Positions 8,853 to 18,387 are shown, counted from the stretch's first letter. The stretch: DNA of 30,478 bases from Nitrospiraceae bacterium (GCA_011391455.1 JAABQN010000003.1:1-30478), one strand, 5' to 3'. Numbers and translations: made by a program. The notes: a model not told the origin generated them from the letters alone.

Positions 8853-9326
8853 ATGTTGAAGATTTCGAAAAAAGCGGATTATGCCCTCATGGCCCTTCAG
8901 CACATTGCTGCTGTCCAGTTTGGCGATGTGACGCCTGGGCGCGTGGTGAATACAAAAGAAATCGCGGAGGAATATAACATCCCCCTCGAGCTGCTGGCCA
9001 AAGTGCTCCAGACCCTTGCCAAGCACGCATTGATCGAGAGCCACAATGGCCCCAAGGGCGGATACCTGTTGGCCAGGCGCGCACACCAAATTACGATCGC
9101 GCAAATTCTCGAAAGCATCGAGGGCCCCTTGGGTATCACCGATTGTTCGCACGAGAAGGATGGAGAGTTGTGCATGCAGCGGGAAAATTGCCATATCCGC
9201 ACACCACTCTTGAAAGTCCAGGACAGCATCGCCCAATTGCTCAATAACATGACCCTGCAAGACATGATGGGTGGCACACCCCTCATTACCATTCAGTCCC
9301 CTGCGGCACAAGGAGTTGAACGATGA
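8853..9326 (+). CDS. iscR: Rrf2-family Fe-S cluster regulator IscR-like
   Basis: ADYAL, GPKGGY wing, three Cys (DCSH..LC..NC); first gene of isc operon. Confidence 0.88.
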   Translation: MLKISKKADYALMALQHIAAVQFGDVTPGRVVNTKEIAEEYNIPLELLAKVLQTLAKHALIESHNGPKGGYLLARRAHQITIAQILESIEGPLGITDCSHEKDGELCMQRENCHIRTPLLKVQDSIAQLLNNMTLQDMMGGTPLITIQSPAAQGVER

Positions 9327-10540
9327 AACTGCCGATTTTCTTGGATAACCATTCCACGACGCCCATGGATCCACGTGTATTGGACACCATGCTCCCCTAC
9401 TTCGTTGAGAAATTCGGGAACGCGGCCAGCCGCAACCATGCCTTCGGGTGGGCTGCGGAAGAAGCCGTCGAACAAGCCCGGAAGCAGATCGCGAAACTGA
9501 TCAAGGCTGATCCGAAAGAGATCGTCTTCACGAGCGGCGCTACCGAATCGGACAACCTAGCGATCAAGGGCGTGCTGGAGATGTACGGGGAGAAGGGCAA
9601 CCATATTATTACCTCCTCCACAGAGCACCGCGCCGTGCTCGATACCGTCAAATCGTTAGAGGGGAAGGGCAAAGCGGCAGTCACCTATCTTTCCGTCGAT
9701 AAATTCGGGATGGTGAATCCCGAAGATGTGCGGAAAGCCATTACAGCAAAAACAATCCTCATCTCCATCATGTTGGCGAACAATGAAATCGGCACGATCA
9801 ACCCCGTCAAGGAGATCGGCAAGATCGCCAAGGAGAAGGGCATCCTCTTCCACTGCGATGCGACGCAAGGCGTCGGCAAGATTCCGGTCGATGTGCAGGA
9901 GATGGGGATTGACCTCATGTCCTTCACGAGCCACAAGATGTACGGACCTAAGGGTGTCGGGGCGCTTTACGTGAGAAAGAAGAATCCGCGGGTTCGTATC
10001 GCGTCGCAAATGGACGGCGGTGGGCACGAGCGTGGCATGCGCTCCGGCACGCTTCCGGTGCCCTTAATTGTGGGATTCGGCAAGGCCTGCGAGCTCTGCG
10101 AGCAGGAGATGGCCAAAGACACCACGCGATTGATTGCGATGCGCGATCGGTTGGAAGCCAGTATCATGAAGGCCCTCGAAGAAAGCTATCTGAACGGCCA
10201 TCCGATCAATCGGCTCCCCGGCAATCTCAATATCTCTTTTGCCTATGTGGAAGGCGAGTCGTTGCTGATGGGCATGAAGGATATCGCCCTCTCGTCCGGT
10301 TCAGCCTGCACCTCGGCCACATTGGAGCCCTCGTATGTGCTCCGCGCGTTGGGGGTCGGGACGGAGCTGGCACATTCCTCGATCCGTTTTGGTCTGGGCC
10401 GTTTCAACACAGACGATGAGATCGACTATACGATCAAGAAGGTGATTGAGGTCGTCACCAAGTTACGTGAAATGTCCCCGCTCTACGAGATGGCAAAAGA
10501 AGGAGTCGATTTGAAATCAGTCCAATGGGCTGCCCACTAG
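9323..10540 (+). CDS. iscS: cysteine desulfurase
   Basis: HKMYGPKG (PLP Lys), [18 protein letters not shown]. Confidence 0.97.
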   Translation: MKLPIFLDNHSTTPMDPRVLDTMLPYFVEKFGNAASRNHAFGWAAEEAVEQARKQIAKLIKADPKEIVFTSGATESDNLAIKGVLEMYGEKGNHIITSSTEHRAVLDTVKSLEGKGKAAVTYLSVDKFGMVNPEDVRKAITAKTILISIMLANNEIGTINPVKEIGKIAKEKGILFHCDATQGVGKIPVDVQEMGIDLMSFTSHKMYGPKGVGALYVRKKNPRVRIASQMDGGGHERGMRSGTLPVPLIVGFGKACELCEQEMAKDTTRLIAMRDRLEASIMKALEESYLNGHPINRLPGNLNISFAYVEGESLLMGMKDIALSSGSACTSATLEPSYVLRALGVGTELAHSSIRFGLGRFNTDDEIDYTIKKVIEVVTKLREMSPLYEMAKEGVDLKSVQWAAH

Positions 10541-10551
10541 CAGCAATTGAA

Positions 10552-10569
10552 AATTTACAATTGTAAATT
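10552..10569. repeat. perfect 18-bp AT-rich palindrome in 7-bp periodic tract
   Basis: AATTTACAATTGTAAATT. Confidence 0.8.
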
Positions 10570-10588
10570 ATAAATTTTGGAGGGAACC

Positions 10589-10987
10589 ATGGCCTACAGT
10601 GAAAAAGTCGTCGATCATTTCAATAACCCCCGCAATATGGGGAGCTTCAAGAAGGACGAGGAAGGGGTCGGCACCGGCATGGTCGGAGCCCCGGAGTGCG
10701 GTGACGTCATGAAGCTTCAGATCAAGGTACAAAACGATACGATCGTAGACGCGAAGTTCAAGACCTTCGGCTGCGGCTCCGCGATCGCCAGCTCGAGCCT
10801 CGCCACCGAATGGTTAAAGGGCAAGACGATCGAAGAAGCCCAACAGATCAAGAACACCGACATCGTGCAGGAACTAAATCTGCCGCCTGTGAAAATCCAT
10901 TGCTCCGTGCTTGCCGAGGATGCGATCAAGGCCGCTCTAGCGGACTACCAGAAGAAAGCTGATGGAGCGCTGGCCGACGCGAAGTAA
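10589..10987 (+). CDS. iscU: Fe-S scaffold IscU
   Basis: GAPECGDVM, FKTFGCGSAIASSS, LPPVKIHCS. Confidence 0.97.
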   Translation: MAYSEKVVDHFNNPRNMGSFKKDEEGVGTGMVGAPECGDVMKLQIKVQNDTIVDAKFKTFGCGSAIASSSLATEWLKGKTIEEAQQIKNTDIVQELNLPPVKIHCSVLAEDAIKAALADYQKKADGALADAK

Positions 10988-11008
10988 CGTGAACAAAGGG
11001 AGTGCGCC

Positions 11009-11365
11009 ATGGACACGACGAATGCAGACATTCAAGCTTCGGTGATTACGCTCAGCGAGGCGGCGCTAAAGGAAGTGAAACGCCTCATCAACGTGCAGGG
11101 CCTTACTGAAGGAGGTCTCCGCCTCGGCGTGAAGGGCGGTGGCTGCTCAGGCCTCAGCTACACAATCAACTTCGATGAAAAGATCGGCCAGCACGACCAA
11201 GTCCATGACTTCGACGGTGTGAAAGTCATTGTCGACGCCAAGAGCGCGATTTACCTTCAGGGCACGCAGTTGGATTTTCAAAAAGACCTGATGGGCGGAA
11301 ACTTCAAATTCGTCAATCCGAATGCCGACAAGACCTGTGGCTGTGGAGAGTCCTTCTCGGCATAA
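11009..11365 (+). CDS. iscA: A-type Fe-S carrier IscA/ErpA family
   Basis: GGGCSG, CGCGESF. Confidence 0.95.
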   Translation: MDTTNADIQASVITLSEAALKEVKRLINVQGLTEGGLRLGVKGGGCSGLSYTINFDEKIGQHDQVHDFDGVKVIVDAKSAIYLQGTQLDFQKDLMGGNFKFVNPNADKTCGCGESFSA

Positions 11366-11394
11366 CGATTATCAGCAGAGCGTCGCAACCGTCC

Positions 11395-11421
11395 ACGGGC
11401 ATGGCAGGCTGCCATGCCCGT
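11395..11421. other. strong GC-rich hairpin between iscA and hscB
   Basis: ACGGGCATGGCAG-G-CTGCCATGCCCGT perfect 13-bp arms. Confidence 0.75.
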
Positions 11422-11442
11422 CTTGTCAGAAGAGGTAGCGGG

Positions 11443-12159
11443 ATGGACCATCAGCACCGTCACAGCTCAAGTCCTCGTGAGCTGCAGATGGCTCGCAGCA
11501 TGTGTTGGCACTGCCAGTCTGAAGTGTCCGGTGAATACTTCTGTGACCGATGCGTCAAGGTCCAGCCGGTGTCGAAAGAACTCGATTACTTCACCTGCAT
11601 GGGCTTCCCCCGTCGCCTCACGATCGATCCGCGTCAACTGGAAAGCAAGTTCTACGAACTGAGCCGCGCGTTCCACCCGGATTTTTTTCAGAACAAGAGC
11701 GCGGAAGAACAGACCATCAGCCTCGGCAATTCAGCGATGTTGAACACCGCCTACCGCACGCTTCGCGATCCAATTCAACGGGCCGAGTATCTACTGGACC
11801 TGGAGGCCGGCGCCGTGAAAGACATTCGGACTTCGCCCCCGGCTGACCTGTTCGAAGAAATCCTCGAACTTCAAGACACGCTGGACGAGTACCGTGCTGC
11901 CGATCGTGCCTCAGACACCGCAGCCACACTCTGCGCCAAACTTCAGATGGAACGCACGACGCTTGAACGGCGTCAACAGGACATGGAAAACGCTTTGCAA
12001 CAGCTCTTCACACAATGGGATATCCTCCAAGACCGCGGCGAAGCGACTGACCAAACCCGCGCCGAACGCGATCGGATTCTCAAGCATATGCGAGACATCT
12101 TGTCGAACCGCACCTACGTGAAGAACATCGTCAACGACCTCGTCGCCACCATCTCCTAA
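11443..12159 (+). CDS. hscB: co-chaperone HscB with N-terminal tetracysteine domain
   Basis: CWHC..CDRC, HPD J-domain motif, AYRTLRDP; GAGG before ATG 11443. Confidence 0.93.
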   Translation: MDHQHRHSSSPRELQMARSMCWHCQSEVSGEYFCDRCVKVQPVSKELDYFTCMGFPRRLTIDPRQLESKFYELSRAFHPDFFQNKSAEEQTISLGNSAMLNTAYRTLRDPIQRAEYLLDLEAGAVKDIRTSPPADLFEEILELQDTLDEYRAADRASDTAATLCAKLQMERTTLERRQQDMENALQQLFTQWDILQDRGEATDQTRAERDRILKHMRDILSNRTYVKNIVNDLVATIS

Positions 12160-12164
12160 TCACT

Positions 12165-13985
12165 ATGGCCCGTATCGTCGGAATCGACCTCGGCACGACC
12201 AATTCGTTGGTTGCCTATATGGACAAGGGGACCCCGCGCGTGATCGCGGGGCGGAACGAGCGTAATATGGTGCCCTCCGTCGTGGCCATGACCGACAACG
12301 GACTCATCGTCGGCGACCCCGCCAAAGAGCACCTGACCCGCAATCCCGCCCGCACGGTCTATTCCGTGAAACGTTTCATGGGTAAAAGCCTGGCCGATGT
12401 GCAAAGTGAGCTCGCCTATTTTCCTTACACATTCACGGAACAAGGCGGGGTGATCCGTTTCAAACTCGGCGAGAAAACCTATTCGCCGCCGCAGATTTCA
12501 GCCATGATTCTCAAAGAGCTGAAACTTAGGGCCGAAACGCACCTGGGCGAGAGCATTACCAAGGCCGTCATCACCGTCCCTGCCTATTTCAACGACAGTC
12601 AGCGACAAGCCACTAAAGACGCCGGCATGATCGCAGGGCTTGAGGTGTTGCGGATCATTAATGAACCGACCGCTGCCTCGCTAGCCTATGGGCTCCAAGA
12701 AAAGACTCAAGGCACAATTGCCGTCTACGATCTTGGCGGCGGCACCTTCGACATATCGATTCTGAAGCTTAAGAATGGGATTTTCGAAGTCTTGGCCACC
12801 AATGGCGACACGCATCTGGGTGGCGACGACATCGACCGGCTGATCGCTGATCTGTTCATAGATGAGATTCGCGAGCGACATGGCCTCGATCTCCACACCT
12901 ACCCCGACTATATGCAGGCCGTACGCTTGGAAGCCGAACGCACAAAGATTCGACTTTCCGATGTGCTGAAAACGACGGCAACTCTCGACCTGCCTGACGG
13001 CAAAGGTAGATTTACCAGAGAGCTGACGAGAGATCAGCTCGAATCCCTGACGATGGGCCTGATCGAACGCACGCTGGCTCCCTGCCGCAAAGCGCTCAAG
13101 GACGCAGAACTCACTCCTGAGCATATCGATGAAGTGGTGCTTGTCGGAGGGTCCACACGCATGCCGCTCGTTCGGCAACGTGTTCAGGAGTTGTTCGGAA
13201 AGACCCCGCACTGCGAACTGAATCCAGATGAAGTTGTGGCCCTCGGCGCGGCCGTGCAGGCCGATATTTTGAGCGGCGGCACCACCGATATGCTGTTGCT
13301 GGACGTCACCCCGTTATCGCTCGGCATCGAAACCATGGGCGGCGTGATGAGCAGCGTGATCCGGCGGAATACGACCATTCCAGCCGGCGCAAAAGAGATG
13401 TTCACGACCTATGTAGACGGCCAGACCGGCGTGGACATTCATATTCTTCAAGGCGAGCGCGAGCTAGCAAAAGATAATCGAAGCCTGGCGCGCTTCAGAC
13501 TCAAGGTGCCGCCCTTGCCCGCCGGTGTGCCACGTATCGAAGTCACGTTCTTGATCGACGCAAACGGCATTCTCAACGTACTGGCAAAGGATATGCGGAC
13601 GGGACAAAGCCAGTCTATCGAGGTCAAGCCGTCTTACGGTTTGTCGGACAGTGAAGTAGAGCAAATGATCGAAGATTCATTCAAGTTTGCCGCGGATGAT
13701 GTCTCCGCCCGCAAATTAATCGAAGCACGACTGGATGCCGGTGCATTGATTACGACGACGGAGAAATCCCTCCTGGAGGGAGGCCATCTCATCGCATCAG
13801 ACAACATTGCCGCCACTCGTACCGCACTGGCGGCACTGTCCGCTGCCAAAGACGGCACAGATCCGCGCGTCATCCGTGCACGCATGGCGGACCTCGAACA
13901 GGCTGCAAAGCCGTTGACCGTCGCACTCTTAAACGATTCGCTCATGAAGGGCTTGCAGGGGAAAAAGGTCTCAGAGGTCACGTAG
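12165..13985 (+). CDS. hscA: Fe-S assembly Hsp70 chaperone HscA
   Basis: GIDLGTTNS, TVPAYF, DLGGGTFD; operon context. Confidence 0.92.
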   Translation: MARIVGIDLGTTNSLVAYMDKGTPRVIAGRNERNMVPSVVAMTDNGLIVGDPAKEHLTRNPARTVYSVKRFMGKSLADVQSELAYFPYTFTEQGGVIRFKLGEKTYSPPQISAMILKELKLRAETHLGESITKAVITVPAYFNDSQRQATKDAGMIAGLEVLRIINEPTAASLAYGLQEKTQGTIAVYDLGGGTFDISILKLKNGIFEVLATNGDTHLGGDDIDRLIADLFIDEIRERHGLDLHTYPDYMQAVRLEAERTKIRLSDVLKTTATLDLPDGKGRFTRELTRDQLESLTMGLIERTLAPCRKALKDAELTPEHIDEVVLVGGSTRMPLVRQRVQELFGKTPHCELNPDEVVALGAAVQADILSGGTTDMLLLDVTPLSLGIETMGGVMSSVIRRNTTIPAGAKEMFTTYVDGQTGVDIHILQGERELAKDNRSLARFRLKVPPLPAGVPRIEVTFLIDANGILNVLAKDMRTGQSQSIEVKPSYGLSDSEVEQMIEDSFKFAADDVSARKLIEARLDAGALITTTEKSLLEGGHLIASDNIAATRTALAALSAAKDGTDPRVIRARMADLEQAAKPLTVALLNDSLMKGLQGKKVSEVT

Positions 13986-14041
13986 CGACGATCCCGTACC
14001 GATGGCGTGGGAGACTTACGACGGGAACATGAGGGGTGGAT

Positions 14042-14254
14042 ATGGATCTGAAGTGGCAAAATACTGAGGATATTGCGATCCGTTTAGTCGAAGAACATCC
14101 CGAGACTGACCCGCTCACAGTTCGATTCACCGACATGCACGCGTGGATCGTGGCACTCCCTGACTTCAAGGACGATCCCAAAAAGTCGAACGAGAAAATT
14201 CTCGAATCGATCCAGATGGCCTGGCACGAAGAATATCAAGACTCGAAATCTTGA
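14042..14254 (+). CDS. iscX: Fe-S assembly protein IscX
   Basis: LKW...IAIRL..HP..DP..VRFTD...ILESIQMAW. Confidence 0.93.
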   Translation: MDLKWQNTEDIAIRLVEEHPETDPLTVRFTDMHAWIVALPDFKDDPKKSNEKILESIQMAWHEEYQDSKS

Positions 14255-14499
14255 TTCGTTGAACCTCCCACCTCGAAGTAATACGGAACTCCATCGACCT
14301 CAATAGTATTTCCACGGCCTGCGAGCAGTCTGCAACCTGTAAGCCATTGTAATTCCAGTGTGAGTAAGCGTGACGATGTGACAGGCAAGGGAGCGGCTCT
14401 CTCTGCAGAGCCAAGCCCCCCTCCCTTTGGGGCATTGTGGAGGGACAAAGTATTCGGCATAAATGGGGCTGGATTGATGACTAAACTGGAGCCTCGCCA

Positions 14500-14724
14500 A
14501 TGTCCAAGATCTTGAACATGAGTTCGCACACGAGTGACGAAGAATTGCAGCACATCACGAACTTGTTGCTCTTTCACCTCGTTGAGCGGTGTGGCGGGCA
14601 GATTCAATTTAAGATGGAGGATGCCCATCGAGTTCGTGAAAGCCTGACGACCAAGATGGTGCAGATGCAGGTGGGCGATGAGGTACGGTTGAGAATTATC
14701 GATCGCTTGCCAGAGCTGCAGTAG
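14500..14724 (+). CDS. hypothetical protein, 74 aa
   Basis: GGAG 8 nt before ATG, protein-like composition. Confidence 0.6.
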   Translation: MSKILNMSSHTSDEELQHITNLLLFHLVERCGGQIQFKMEDAHRVRESLTTKMVQMQVGDEVRLRIIDRLPELQ

Positions 14725-14825
14725 AGTTTCTTTCCGAGCTTTACCACGAAGAGGTCTTTCCCTTCACGCCGAAGCTCCTTGCCAAAGGAGTTTCAATTGA
14801 TTCGGTATCGAGGTATACTTTCCCC

Positions 14826-15044
14826 ATGCCGATCAACCTGCCTCTCAAAGACATGACCCTTCAGGAGAAGCTTGCGGTCATGGAATCGATCTGGGAAGAC
14901 CTCGCCCGCACTCCTGAAGCTATTGAGTCCCCTGCCTGGCACAAGGGCATCCTCGACGAACGCCGCCAGCGGCTCGCCGAGGGCACATCTCGATTCACCG
15001 ATTGGGAAACGGCCAAAGCGGACATTCGCAAGAATCTGTCGTGA
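14826..15044 (+). CDS. putative addiction module antitoxin (TIGR02574/PF09720-like)
   Basis: EKL..ME.IW..L, SPAWH..ILDERR, DW..AK pattern; GTGA overlap with toxin. Confidence 0.85.
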   Translation: MPINLPLKDMTLQEKLAVMESIWEDLARTPEAIESPAWHKGILDERRQRLAEGTSRFTDWETAKADIRKNLS

Positions 15045-15202
15045 AAATCGAGATCCTGGATGAAGCCCGGGAGGATCTGATTCAGGGCTTCCACTTCTAC
15101 GAAAGCCGGGAGCCAGGGCTCGGATCATATTTCATAGACTGCCTTTTCCCGGACATCAGGAGGATGTTCAAAAAGGCCGTTCAGCAAGGCCGCAGCGAGT
15201 GA
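15041..15202 (+). pseudogene. ParE/RelE-family toxin truncated after ~40 codons
   Basis: VKIEILDEAREDLIQGFHFYESREPGLGSYF.. then runs into MITE and stops at 15202. Confidence 0.8.
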
Positions 15203-15281
15203 AGGGCCGAGGCGTACCCGCTGGGGTACGTTGAGGGTCTGAACGATGCGAGAACGACGCTGACGGGATTTTTCAACATCC
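15162..15281. mobile_element. 120-bp MITE
   Basis: TIRs GGATGTTCAAAAA / TTTTTCAACATCC (12/13), internal hairpin CGTACCC-GCTG-GGGTACG; no TSD visible. Confidence 0.85.
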
Positions 15282-15290
15282 GTAAACTCG

Positions 15291-15701
15291 ATGCTGCACA
15301 TCTCCTCACACGTCACCATCCCAGATTCTGAAATCGACATCCATGCGATGCGGTCGCAGGGCGCTGGCGGGCAGAATGTCAACAAAGTCTCGTCCGCGAT
15401 TCATTTGCAGTTCGATATTGTTGCCTCATCGTTGCCGCCGTTTTATAAGGAAGAGCTTCTGAAATTGAAAGATCACCGCATCTCACAAGAGGGTGTGATC
15501 ACCATCAAAGCCCAGCAGCATCGGAGCCAGGAGCAGAATCGTGAGGATGCCCTCACTCGACTGAGCGAGCTTATTCGGAGTGTGGCCGTCCCACGCAAGA
15601 AGCGCAGAGCCACGAAACCGACGAAGGGTTCGAAGCAACGGCGGTTGGAGAGTAAGACGAAGCGTGGGAAGCTCAAAACCCTCAGGCGAACGATCGAGTA
15701 G
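15291..15701 (+). CDS. arfB: alternative ribosome rescue peptidyl-tRNA hydrolase ArfB
   Basis: RSQGAGGQNVNKVSSA, RSQEQNR, basic tail ending ..K.LR. Confidence 0.95.
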   Translation: MLHISSHVTIPDSEIDIHAMRSQGAGGQNVNKVSSAIHLQFDIVASSLPPFYKEELLKLKDHRISQEGVITIKAQQHRSQEQNREDALTRLSELIRSVAVPRKKRRATKPTKGSKQRRLESKTKRGKLKTLRRTIE

Positions 15702-15740
15702 TTAGCCCGCGCTATTCATGATGATTTGTGGCGGAGTCGC

Positions 15741-15858
15741 GCGCGATAAGCGCGAAAAGCGAGACTCGCGTGACGGAAGACGGTTCGAGGTCCGAAGTTC
15801 GAGGTTGTCGGAACTTCGAACCCAGAACTTCGAACTTCGAGCAGCGCCCGTCTCGCTT
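15741..15858. repeat. composite 9-bp and 7-bp tandem repeats in inverted arrangement
   Basis: GCGCGATAA GCGCGAAAA GCGAGACTC GCGTGACGG; CGAGGTC CGAAGTT CGAGGTT versus AACTTCG x3; outer IR AAGCGAGAC/GTCTCGCTT. Confidence 0.8.
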
Positions 15859-15958
15859 GATTTAGGCATCGGCAGAGCAGTGGGGTCTCGGCTCTTCCCT
15901 CTGGATTTCTCCCCACCCGTTTCGGTACCCTGCTCACATGCGGAAGTGGAAATCGTCG

Positions 15959-16909
15959 ATGAAGCCGGTGCGATACAGGGCTCACGTTATGCTGTCTATC
16001 CTTTTGGCCGTAGCCTGGCTCAGCAGCGGGCTTGTCGGGGCCACTGAGCCGGCTGCCGTGAAGCCGGAGCCGGAGATGGCCCCGGCGCCTTCCAAGCCCC
16101 CCGGGGCGGCGAGTGAGGCGAAACCCCCAGGGAAGGCGCATCCGCCGGGAAACGGAAGCTCCTCGGCGAAGGCCCGGGCCCTCCCCAAACTCCCGCCCAC
16201 GCTCACCGGGAAGGATGGCGCCCCCATGGTGTTGGTGCCCGCCGGGGAATTCACGATGGGGAGCGAGCAGGGCGACGACGATGAGCAGCCGGTCCATCGC
16301 GTCTTCCTCGACAGCTTTTATCTGGATACGTTTGAGGTTACGAACGGGCAGTTTGCGAAGTTTGTGGCGGCGATTCAGAGCGAACCCCCGTGGGGCTTTG
16401 CAGACCAGGAGACGCCCGTGGTGCGCGCCGACCAACCTGTTCGTTGGGTGAACTGGCTGGAGGCGACGGGCTATTGTCTGTGGGCGGGGAAACGGTTGCC
16501 GAGCGAAGCGGAGTGGGAGAAGGCAGCGCGGGGAACGGATGGCCGCGTCTATCCCTGGGGGAACGAGCCGCCGACGCCCATCCATGCCGTGTTTGGGTTG
16601 AAGGAAGGGGCCGAGACGGTCTCGCCCATCGGCAATCGCGACAAGGGCATGAGCCCCTACGGCGTGCACGACCTGGCGGGCAATCTCTATGAATGGGTGG
16701 CCGACTGGTACGACGAAGCCGTGTACACACCGCTCCCCACCAGCAATCCCCGCGGTCCGGCGGCGGGGGCCACGAAGGTCCAACGGGGGGGCTCGTATAT
16801 CAACAGCCCCTATCGGCTGCGTTCGTCGTTTCGGACGAAGGGCGATCCCACCGAACATGATCCGAACGTGGGCTTTCGCTGTGCCCACGACGCGCCGACT
16901 CTACCCTAA
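15959..16909 (+). CDS. exported FGE-sulfatase (SUMF1/EgtB/PvdO) fold protein
   Basis: VPAGEFTMGS, EVTN, RLPSEAEWEKAARG, YPWGN, GNLYEWV, RGGS, GFRC; hydrophobic signal and Pro/Ala linker; start uncertain (15938/15959/15989). Confidence 0.88.
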   Translation: MKPVRYRAHVMLSILLAVAWLSSGLVGATEPAAVKPEPEMAPAPSKPPGAASEAKPPGKAHPPGNGSSSAKARALPKLPPTLTGKDGAPMVLVPAGEFTMGSEQGDDDEQPVHRVFLDSFYLDTFEVTNGQFAKFVAAIQSEPPWGFADQETPVVRADQPVRWVNWLEATGYCLWAGKRLPSEAEWEKAARGTDGRVYPWGNEPPTPIHAVFGLKEGAETVSPIGNRDKGMSPYGVHDLAGNLYEWVADWYDEAVYTPLPTSNPRGPAAGATKVQRGGSYINSPYRLRSSFRTKGDPTEHDPNVGFRCAHDAPTLP

Positions 16910-16948
16910 CACCAGTTTGCTCTTAGCTATTCGAGTCGAGCATGCTCC

Positions 16949-17653
16949 CTAGCGCTTCGCGCTGCTGGGTGGGGAGCCGGCGAGGAAGGGATAGACCACC
17001 CCGGCGATGGCGCCGCCCAGGATCGGGGCGACCCAGAAGAGCCAGAGTTGTTGCAGGGCCCAGCCGTCGGCAAAGACGGCAGTGGCTGCGCTACGAGCAG
17101 GGTTGAGGGAGAGATTGGTGACCGGGATGCCGGCCCAATTGATCAAGGCCACGGCGAGACCGATGGCCAGAGGTGCGAAGCCCTGCGGCGCCCGGCTGTC
17201 CGTAGATCCTAGAATGATCAGGAGGAAAAAAAAGGCAAAAACTGTTTCCATGCAGAAGCCGGCCAGCATTGAATAGCCACCCGGGGAATGGTCGCCGTAG
17301 CCGTTGGAGGCGAAACCACCGGGGACGAAGCCGGCCTTCCCACTAGCGATGAGATAGAGAACCCCGGCGCCGAGGATACCGCCGATCACTTGGGCGGCAA
17401 TGTAGCCGGGAACCTCGTGCGCAGGGAATCGTTTGCTGAGCATGAGGCCCACGGTGACGGCGGGGTTGATATGGCAGCCTGAGATATGGCCAAAAGCGTA
17501 AACTGCTGTAATCACGGCCACCCCGAAGGCGAATGCGATTCCGATGACCCCGATGCCGAGTCCAGGAATACCGGCGCTCAGGAGCGCGCTCCCGCAACCG
17601 GCGAACACCAACCAGAACGTGCCGAGCGCTTCTGCCGCCAGTCGTTGTATCAT
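16949..17653 (-). CDS. aqpZ: aquaporin Z-clade channel
   Basis: HINPAVT and SLNPARS; GGAGG before ATG 17653. Confidence 0.93.
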   Translation of the reverse strand: MIQRLAAEALGTFWLVFAGCGSALLSAGIPGLGIGVIGIAFAFGVAVITAVYAFGHISGCHINPAVTVGLMLSKRFPAHEVPGYIAAQVIGGILGAGVLYLIASGKAGFVPGGFASNGYGDHSPGGYSMLAGFCMETVFAFFFLLIILGSTDSRAPQGFAPLAIGLAVALINWAGIPVTNLSLNPARSAATAVFADGWALQQLWLFWVAPILGGAIAGVVYPFLAGSPPSSAKR

Positions 17654-18050
17654 CAGTGCCTCCACAAAAGATGTCTGTCTGGCCCGCACTATGCCCGTGG
17701 ACACACAAAAGTGCAAGCAAGGACTAGGCTGGCCGGTGGATTATTCCTGCCAATCTCGAAGGAGTGCACAGAAGGAACGGCTTCGTTGGGCATCACGAAG
17801 GAGAGCAGCCGTGATGCGGAGATGACCGATGACTTCCGCAATCGTTTCACTGAAACTCAGCGCTGGCAGTGGGTATGTTTTATGCTCAACGAGTCAATGC
17901 GGGGAAAATTAATTTCCTCATTGACACGATTTTCTAATGGGCGTATGTAGGAACAACGGCCCATTCATTCACTCGATCAGGGGGAACTGGACAGGGCGCG
18001 CGGCTGTTAACGGGTTCCCCCGCCAACTTTCTCAAGAGAGGAGGGTAACG

Positions 18051-18122
18051 ATGGATGACCTGACTCCACCTGGCCACTCAGGCCCGCCGACTCGAGGGCG
18101 GGCTGCTGATCGGTCGTGCTAG
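18051..18122 (+). CDS. 23-aa ORF with strong RBS (or frameshifted gene start)
   Basis: GAGGAGG 7-8 nt before ATG; MDDLTPPGHSGPPTRGRAADRSC. Confidence 0.25.
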   Translation: MDDLTPPGHSGPPTRGRAADRSC

Positions 18123-18340
18123 CCGGCTCTCCACGGGCTGTGTCATAACGGCACCAAAGACCAATAGGTTACTAGCCGATTTCCATCATGGAGAACCCGA
18201 CGCTGGCGCGAGGAACATAAGCGCCTGGGACGATTCTGTTTTCCCCCGATCGGTAGTTCGATACTTTGTTGTCGCGCGGGCCTCAGTTTTCGTTGGGCCG
18301 AGACAACCACATAGCAGATTTGGCGTCCTAAGCGCCACGA

Positions 18341-18375
18341 ACGGGCGACCTCCCACCTAGTGCAGGGTCGCCCGT
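18341..18375. terminator. hairpin, possible terminator
   Basis: ACGGGCGACC-N15-GGTCGCCCGT; no U-tract. Confidence 0.35.
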
Positions 18376-18387
18376 GCCGTGTCTGCT

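Noticed and set aside
8802-9374. 190-aa minus-strand ORF
   Set aside because: Antisense to iscR/iscS.
14236-14460. Minus-strand ORF ending ..GNTIEVDGVPYYFEVGGSTNQDFES
   Set aside because: Somewhat protein-like but no RBS, no motif, and overlaps the iscX end; cannot be supported without a homology search.
15041-15701. Functional link between the toxin and ArfB ribosome rescue
   Set aside because: Toxin is truncated, its subtype is undetermined, and adjacency may result from a deletion.
15716-16888. 390-aa minus-strand ORF
   Set aside because: Antisense shadow of the GC-rich FGE gene and repeat tract; no motifs.
15938-16909. FGE/C-type lectin fold as a diversity-generating retroelement target
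   Set aside because: No reverse transcriptase, Avd or template repeat in the window.
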